DNA of 64,000 nt. Origin: an uncultured Chloracidobacterium sp. (GTDB taxonomy: Bacteria; Acidobacteriota; Blastocatellia; Pyrinomonadales; Pyrinomonadaceae). The translations under genes were made by a program, and so were the position numbers. The notes beneath the pieces are model-generated. The model was not told where the DNA came from. It saw nothing but the letters and a program-made list of their open reading frames with translations, and searched no databases. The DNA lies in contig CAZOXY010000001.1 of the NCBI GenBank assembly GCA_964583955.1, positions 167,553 through 231,552 on the forward strand. The letters run 5' to 3'. This document shows, one piece after another, positions 57,846 through 64,000 of the stretch (position 1 is its first letter; every line of letters begins with the position of its first letter).

Positions 57846-60800
57846 ATGAAAATTCAAGCATTATCAATGATCAAAAAGGCGATTTCTCTCGCGTCGCTCG
57901 CTATTATCATGACGGCTTCCGTCTTTGCCCAGTCGAACACAGGTTCGATAACGGGCGTCATCAGCGACCCGAACGGCGCCGTCGTGCCTGCCGCTACAGT
58001 TGCTATCATCAATCAGGGAACCAACGAACGGCGGACCGTCACAACGGACTCCGCAGGCCGTTACGACGTTCCGTCGCTCCCGACCGGCATCTACTCGATA
58101 GAGGTGAGCGCGTCGGGATTTCAGGCCGCATCCAGAAAGGATCTGCGGCTTGCCGTGGGTGAAAGGGCACGTCTTGATGTAACACTTGGCCTGGAAGGCG
58201 TTGATGCCGTGGTCGAGGTTGTCAGTCAGACACGCGTCGATACCGAAACTGCCACCATCGGCGACACGATAGAAGCACGGCGCATCACCGACAATCCGGT
58301 AAACGGCCGTGATTTCACACAGCTGCTCGCAACCGTTCCCGGTTCGGTCCAAACCACCAACCAATTCCAGACATCGATCAACGGCATCCCGTCAACATTT
58401 GGCGGAACCAGCGTGCTGGTTGACGGCATTGACGCCGGCAGGGTCGATCTGAACGGAACTTCAAACGTTCTGGGCAGGGTCGAATCACGCGTCAATCGCG
58501 TCAGCATGGACAGTATTCAGGAAGTTCAGGTCCTTGAGCAAAATTACTCGGCTCAGTACGGCCAGGCCATAGGCGCGGTCATCAACCCGATCACAAAATC
58601 GGGGGGCAATCAGTTTCACGGCAGTGTTTTTGAATATTTCCGCAACGAGGCAATGGACTCCGCGGATTATTTTGCCACCGGTGGCAAACAAAAATTCCGT
58701 CTGAATCAGTTTGGGGTCAACTTCAGCGGCCCAATTGCCCGTGACAAGGTTTTCTTCTTTACTAATTACGAAGGAGTGCGACAGACGCGCGGTATCCAGT
58801 TCACAACGCTTGTTCCGACCGCCGATTTCCGTGCGGCATTTAACCCGAATATTGCTCCGGTACTTGTAAATATGCCATTGCCGACAGAGCCGTTCATTCC
58901 ACAGGGAAGCAACACTCCTGACCCGGACAGAGGCATCTACTCCGGCCAGCGTGACGGAAAGCTTACGGAGAACACCGGTTCGGTAAAGATCGACTGGCTG
59001 CATACTGACCAAAGCCAGTTCTCATTTCGTTACAACATCAACGATTCGACAACCGATGTTCCTTATGGCGTTGCGACGGATCAGATCGCTCCCGGCGATC
59101 TTCGCGTTCAGTTGTTCAAAGCCTCACACACCTACACATTTGCAGGAAATGCCGTTAACGAATTTGCCTTTGGCATAAACCATAATTTTACGGATGTGGG
59201 CGCAGGGCCTTCAAACCTGCCTCGCTTCGATCTGTCGTTTGTCGATCAATCATTGGCCGTTCCGGGGCCTGCTCAGTTCGAGCAGATCAGAACAGGAAAG
59301 GTCTATCATTTTCTGGATACGTTCAGCCTGGTCAGCGGCAATCACTCGATCAAGATGGGTGTGGATTTCCGATTGAACAGGCGTGATGCGGAAGCGCGAG
59401 TGCAGGAAACGCTGACTTTTTTCGGCCTGAATGATTTTCGCGATAACGCTCCTTTTGTGATCTCACGGCAGGGACATCCTAAGCTGACCTATGAGAACGA
59501 GAATTTTTCATTTTTTGTACAGGATGACTGGAAAATTCACCCGAGGCTTTCACTCAACCTGGGCCTGAGATATGACGTAAGCACCGTGACCCGCGAGGCT
59601 GAGGGAAGATTACAGAACTTTGATCTGAACACTCTTACCTTCACTCCGCAGGGACAGAAACTTCATGATGCGGATACGAATAATTGGGGGCCGAGAGTCG
59701 GATTTGCCTATGACGTGTTCGGTACACAAAAAACAGTTGTTCGCGGCGGTTACGGCATTTTCTACAATCGTGAACTCCCCGGAAGTTACGGGTCGCCGCA
59801 CGCGAATACTTACCCCACTCAGTCGGTCGATGTCTTCCAATGGCTTTTTGGAGTGATCTTTGAGACCTGTGATGGCGGGCCGACATTTGAATATCCGATC
59901 AATCCGCTGGTTTATAATTGTTCGGTTCCGGCCGCCTTTCATATCGAAAAGGACACCCAGACGGCAATGGCACAGCAATGGTCATTCAATGTTCAGCAGG
60001 ACCTAGGGATCGGCACTTTGCAGGTCGGTTATGTCGGCAACCATGTTACACACATCCTGACAGACGGTGTTGTCAGCCCGAGGAATATAAATCGGGCTGA
60101 TCCTGTAACCAGCGAACGGCCGATAGCCGCCTATGGTGACATATTCATTGTTGGCGGATATCCTCAGTCAAACTATCACGCAATGCAGGTGAACTTTCGC
60201 CGCAATCTGTCAAAAGGCCTCCGATTCAACACGAACTATACATGGGGCCACGCGATAGACAATATTGCCGGATTTTTCAAGGACTATCAGGACACCAATA
60301 ACATGAATGCTGACCGCGCCAGCGCGGACAGCGACATTCGTCACAACTTTTCGATGGATGCGGGTTATGAACTGAGGTTTCGCGATTGGTTCGGTGACGG
60401 GCCAAAATGGCTGATCGACGGATGGAACGTTAATTCGATCATGCAGATCCGCAGCGGATTTCCTGTCAACGTGACACGTCAGGGCGGAACATTTGGCGGG
60501 TTTTCATTCCGCCCAAATCTGGTTCCCGGTGCTGATACTCGCTGTCCGAACTACAACGTTCCAAACTGCCAGTTCAATATAGACGCGTTCGAAGATCCGG
60601 GAGCCGGAGTGTTCGGCAATGCCGGCCGCAATATTCTTCGCGGTCCCGGTTTTGCTCAGGTCGATCTTTCGTTCGGAAAGAATACACGGTTCTCAGAGAA
60701 TCTGTCGCTTCAACTTAGAATGGAGATATTCAATCTGTTCAACAGGGCAAACTTTGCCGACCCGTCAGGTGGCCTTGTTCAGGGAGACAGCAACACCCTG

Positions 60801-60914
60801 AGACCGGCGGCCTTCTTTGGCCAGAGTGTTTCCACGGTCGGCAATCAGCTTGGCGGGTTGCTTGGGTTTGGCGGGCCGCGTCAGATACAGCTTTCGGCTA
60901 GGTTCAATTTCTAG
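57846..60914 (+). CDS. TonB-dependent outer-membrane receptor with an N-terminal carboxypeptidase-regulatory-like domain
   Basis: Signal peptide. GSITGVISDPNGAVVPAATV...GRYDVPSLPTGIYSIEV. Plug region and a long beta-barrel ending in ...LSARFNF. Confidence 0.85.
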   Translation: MKIQALSMIKKAISLASLAIIMTASVFAQSNTGSITGVISDPNGAVVPAATVAIINQGTNERRTVTTDSAGRYDVPSLPTGIYSIEVSASGFQAASRKDLRLAVGERARLDVTLGLEGVDAVVEVVSQTRVDTETATIGDTIEARRITDNPVNGRDFTQLLATVPGSVQTTNQFQTSINGIPSTFGGTSVLVDGIDAGRVDLNGTSNVLGRVESRVNRVSMDSIQEVQVLEQNYSAQYGQAIGAVINPITKSGGNQFHGSVFEYFRNEAMDSADYFATGGKQKFRLNQFGVNFSGPIARDKVFFFTNYEGVRQTRGIQFTTLVPTADFRAAFNPNIAPVLVNMPLPTEPFIPQGSNTPDPDRGIYSGQRDGKLTENTGSVKIDWLHTDQSQFSFRYNINDSTTDVPYGVATDQIAPGDLRVQLFKASHTYTFAGNAVNEFAFGINHNFTDVGAGPSNLPRFDLSFVDQSLAVPGPAQFEQIRTGKVYHFLDTFSLVSGNHSIKMGVDFRLNRRDAEARVQETLTFFGLNDFRDNAPFVISRQGHPKLTYENENFSFFVQDDWKIHPRLSLNLGLRYDVSTVTREAEGRLQNFDLNTLTFTPQGQKLHDADTNNWGPRVGFAYDVFGTQKTVVRGGYGIFYNRELPGSYGSPHANTYPTQSVDVFQWLFGVIFETCDGGPTFEYPINPLVYNCSVPAAFHIEKDTQTAMAQQWSFNVQQDLGIGTLQVGYVGNHVTHILTDGVVSPRNINRADPVTSERPIAAYGDIFIVGGYPQSNYHAMQVNFRRNLSKGLRFNTNYTWGHAIDNIAGFFKDYQDTNNMNADRASADSDIRHNFSMDAGYELRFRDWFGDGPKWLIDGWNVNSIMQIRSGFPVNVTRQGGTFGGFSFRPNLVPGADTRCPNYNVPNCQFNIDAFEDPGAGVFGNAGRNILRGPGFAQVDLSFGKNTRFSENLSLQLRMEIFNLFNRANFADPSGGLVQGDSNTLRPAAFFGQSVSTVGNQLGGLLGFGGPRQIQLSARFNF

Positions 60915-61011
60915 CCGAAATATACTTTGGGCCGCCGATGTTCCATACGGATCGGCGGCCATTGTTTTATTAAAAGGCCAATCACCGGGGAGGATCATTG
61001 GCCGGACACGG

Positions 61012-63846
61012 ATGACGATGAAACATTTTGCCGTCAAACTGCTGATCGCTGTGATGGTGACTTCGGCCGCAGCCGTTTCGCATGGCCAGGCTAAGCTGCC
61101 GGAAAGTCCGATCAAAACGGTATATCTCGTGCCATTCTCTCATTATGATTTTGGATTTGTGGAACCGCCCGATGCCGTTCGCGAACGAGCTGCTCGTCAT
61201 ATTGACGAAGTGGTCCGTGTCGCGGAGGAAAATCCAAATTTCAGATGGACCATAGAGAGCGTTTGGCAGGTGAATGAATGGCTGAAACGGCAGAAAAAAC
61301 CGTCATCCGTGCTTCCGAAAGACAAAGAGAAGATAGAGCGGTTAATGAAGCTCATCAGGTCGGGACGCGTTGCGTTGTCCTCGGCGTGGGGCAGTATGCA
61401 CACCGATTTTATGGGCGACGAAGAGCTTAATCGCCTGATCTACGATTACACCGCTCTCAGCAAAGCCTACGACATCAAGACAGAACTTGCGATGCTCAAT
61501 GACGTTCCGGGACATCCGACAACGATGCCCGGAGTTCTGGCTGGCAGCGGGATGAAATACATGGTCACGGGAGCGAACACCTTTCTGATGGGCGCGACCG
61601 ACCTTGCCCCGGGCAAAGTGCCGTTCTATTGGGAAGGGCCTGACGGCGGCAAGGTGTTGACCTGGATAAGCCAGGGAAATCGCGGAGCATACGTTGAGGC
61701 CGCGACAGAATTTTATCTCGACCCATTCTCGCACGATCCATATACTGACCGTCGCCCGTTCGAGATGTTCAATCCTGAAATGATCGGCAAAACCACGCCG
61801 ATACAGGAAATGGAACTAGGGATGACAAAGTTGCTCAACCGGTACAACGAAGGCGGTTATAAATACGATGCGGTGATGGTGCTGGCGGCACATGATTTTG
61901 TCGAACCGACCGATGTTCTCAATCTGGAAAAAGCCATCACCCTTTGGAAACAGCATCATTCTGAGATCGAATTGAAGATCGCCACGCCGCCTGAATTTTT
62001 CAAATACATCGAAGGCAAATACGGCGATCAGATACCGACTTTCAAAGGCGAATGGTCGGGCCTGTGGTCTGAGGCAAAAACCCAAAGCCCGCAGGTGAGC
62101 GCCGCCGCCAGATACATTCACGATCATGCACCAGCGGTAGAAACAATGTGGAGCGCATTATCGATGACCCGCAAGTTCACGGCTCCGGTCGGCAACATCG
62201 CGTCCATTTTTGACCTGATGCTGACCTATGACGAACACAGCGGTGCGGGCAACAACGGCTGGCCGCAGTTGAACAGCCGCAAGCCGCTCGAAGACCAGAA
62301 CCGGCAATACGTCGATCTCATGACGCGTGCGGTCAACGAAACCGATCAGCTTTTTGACGAAGGCGTTAAGGCAATAAGCCAGGCAACACGTTTTGAAACA
62401 CCGCCGCAACCGCCTCTCGGCACACGTCCGCTCATGGTTTATAACGGCCTTTCATGGAAGCGGACGGATGTCGTTCGGATCGCTCCGCCTGACGGCAAAC
62501 GGATCATGAGCGTTCAAACGCGTTCCGGTGATGTGGTCGAATTTGACACAGATGAGAATGGGAACGCGGTGTTCGTTGCCAAGGACATTCCGGCGATGGG
62601 TTACGCAACGTTCAATATCAGGGTCGAGGAAGGAAAGCCTGTTCCATCACTGCGGCAGGTGCGCGGACAGACACTTTCATTCGGCGGCCACACCGTTCTT
62701 GCCAATGGTGACGGAACCATCGCAAGCATCAAGGATGCGGCCGGCCGCGAACTTGTCAATAAAAACGGCGAACTTCCCTTTAACGAACTCCTCCGTGTGG
62801 AGGGAAATGACGCGTCAAAGATCGTCTATCCCGAATCTGCCGGTGTTCGTATCGTGCATGGTTTGCAGATGGCCGAAATGACCATTACGCGAAACAGCTC
62901 GGCGTTTCCCGAAACACGTATTACGGTTTACAAGAACATCGACCGGATGGATCTGCAAAACGTGCTTGACCGCGATAAATTTCCGTTCGTTGGCGGCAGC
63001 GGCAACTGGAGCGATGCGTATTATTTTGCATTTCCTTTTAACGTCCCGGCTGACGGGATGAAATTTATTCGCGGCGGCCAGAAATGGTTCGATATGCTGC
63101 CGGACGATTATATGGCGGGAGCGCGAAGAGATTCCGTGACGACGCAGCATCTCGTTGGATTTACCAACGGCAGTTCGACCGCGATGGCCGCGCATCGCCA
63201 GGCATTCCACTGGTCATTTCCGAGTTTTGTTTCGACCAAAGTCCGGCCAAAAGATGCTCCGGCGGAATTTCCGGCGATGTACACCGGAAAGTTTCCTTTG
63301 CCCGAAGCGACCATTTATTCAAGAGCCATTCGCCACAGCAGCCAGGCCGACACACATGATATGGCAGCGGTGAATCTTGCCACTGTCGAGCCGGGTTTGG
63401 GAAACAGGCTTGTGTTTGATTACGCGTTTGTGGCGGACGGTGTGTTCGATCCGGTCAGGGCATGGCGTTTCGGCTCGGAATTCAACGTTCCGTTAAGGGC
63501 AAGTTACAATGCCTCGCATCCGACCGACGGGGAACGAAGCTTTTTCGACATCGATCAGCCAAATGTTCAGATCGTGACCGTAAAACCGCTTGCGGAAAGC
63601 TCGGTTCGCGGTGAGGTGAGTTCAGCGCCTCTCCAGCCAAAGCAGAACAAGGTCTTTATCATTCGGTTACAGGAGTTTGCGGGCAAGGCCGCAACGGCAA
63701 AAATTTCACTGCCGGGCAGAATAAAAAAGGCTGTGGTAGTTTCATTGACCGAGGACCGAGAACTTCAGCCCCTAACGCAGATAGAACCACTGACCGTTTC
63801 GGTCAGGCCGTATCAAACTTTGACCGTAAAGATCGAGGTCGAATAG
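61012..63846 (+). CDS. secreted glycoside hydrolase family 38-like (alpha-mannosidase-like) protein
   Basis: Signal peptide after ATG 61012/61018. YLVPFSHYDFGF resembles the HxHxDxxW metal site. LNDVPGH resembles the DPFGH nucleophile motif. About 940 aa. Confidence 0.6.
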   Translation: MTMKHFAVKLLIAVMVTSAAAVSHGQAKLPESPIKTVYLVPFSHYDFGFVEPPDAVRERAARHIDEVVRVAEENPNFRWTIESVWQVNEWLKRQKKPSSVLPKDKEKIERLMKLIRSGRVALSSAWGSMHTDFMGDEELNRLIYDYTALSKAYDIKTELAMLNDVPGHPTTMPGVLAGSGMKYMVTGANTFLMGATDLAPGKVPFYWEGPDGGKVLTWISQGNRGAYVEAATEFYLDPFSHDPYTDRRPFEMFNPEMIGKTTPIQEMELGMTKLLNRYNEGGYKYDAVMVLAAHDFVEPTDVLNLEKAITLWKQHHSEIELKIATPPEFFKYIEGKYGDQIPTFKGEWSGLWSEAKTQSPQVSAAARYIHDHAPAVETMWSALSMTRKFTAPVGNIASIFDLMLTYDEHSGAGNNGWPQLNSRKPLEDQNRQYVDLMTRAVNETDQLFDEGVKAISQATRFETPPQPPLGTRPLMVYNGLSWKRTDVVRIAPPDGKRIMSVQTRSGDVVEFDTDENGNAVFVAKDIPAMGYATFNIRVEEGKPVPSLRQVRGQTLSFGGHTVLANGDGTIASIKDAAGRELVNKNGELPFNELLRVEGNDASKIVYPESAGVRIVHGLQMAEMTITRNSSAFPETRITVYKNIDRMDLQNVLDRDKFPFVGGSGNWSDAYYFAFPFNVPADGMKFIRGGQKWFDMLPDDYMAGARRDSVTTQHLVGFTNGSSTAMAAHRQAFHWSFPSFVSTKVRPKDAPAEFPAMYTGKFPLPEATIYSRAIRHSSQADTHDMAAVNLATVEPGLGNRLVFDYAFVADGVFDPVRAWRFGSEFNVPLRASYNASHPTDGERSFFDIDQPNVQIVTVKPLAESSVRGEVSSAPLQPKQNKVFIIRLQEFAGKAATAKISLPGRIKKAVVVSLTEDRELQPLTQIEPLTVSVRPYQTLTVKIEVE

Positions 63847-63870
63847 TTAACGATCAAGAGGGATAAAATT

Positions 63871-64000
63871 ATGAGCAAATACAAACGACGAGATTTTCTG
63901 AAAACTATCTCCGCCGCGGTTGCAGCTCCGGCATTATTAAAAGGCACGGCGGTTGCCGCCGAGACGGCAGGGATAATTCCGCCTGTTGCCAGGACGGCCG
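63871..64000 (+). CDS. Tat-signal protein, N-terminal fragment (runs off the window; possibly a Gfo/Idh/MocA-type oxidoreductase)
   Basis: MSKYKRRDFLKTISAAVAAPAL twin-arginine motif. AAGAGGGA upstream. Confidence 0.6.
   Translation, partial: MSKYKRRDFLKTISAAVAAPALLKGTAVAAETAGIIPPVARTA

Noticed and set aside
60817-61011. N-terminal extension of the GH38-like ORF overlapping the end of the TonB-dependent receptor gene
   Set aside because: The extension overlaps the receptor C-terminus and has no protein-like features. A signal peptide begins at MKHFAVKLLIAV (61018), with ATG codons at 61012 and 61018.

Overview
This 64 kb window is a chromosomal replication-origin region of a bacterium. Gene content suggests Acidobacteriota: a CadC-like wHTH-TolB regulator, a TonB-dependent receptor and a TPR protein that both carry carboxypeptidase-regulatory-like domains, and many secreted hydrolases. 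That taxonomic call is inference only. The anchor genes are dnaA and dnaN, flanked by two dense DnaA-box clusters. Other housekeeping genes are truB, recX, an alaS fragment, thrA-thrC/thrB and clpA. The remainder is peptidases, three beta-lactamase-fold serine hydrolases, transporters, small hypothetical genes in visibly AT-richer patches, and a 3' carbohydrate-utilisation locus (ROK regulator, SSF symporter, SDR, orphan PBP-fold protein, TonB-dependent receptor, GH38-like mannosidase, Tat-signal protein). I found no rRNA, canonical tRNA, CRISPR array, transposase, integrase, prophage or recognisable defence system. The observations most worth a second look are listed here. (1) alaS ends after its catalytic core at about 32.23 kb, and the downstream sequence is unrelated. 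(2) A near-identical 98-nt direct repeat 1321 bp apart reflects a partial duplication of an aspartate-less LuxR-type response regulator. (3) A small acidic protein carries four copies of the decapeptide PTITIAEREG[DE], conserved despite synonymous codon divergence. (4) A 74-nt four-way-junction RNA candidate is followed by a terminator and lies upstream of two hypothetical genes. (5) A tight three-gene cluster ending in a signal-less LAS-type zinc peptidase is transcribed divergently from the wHTH-TolB regulator. All functional calls rest on motif recognition by eye; no database search was possible.
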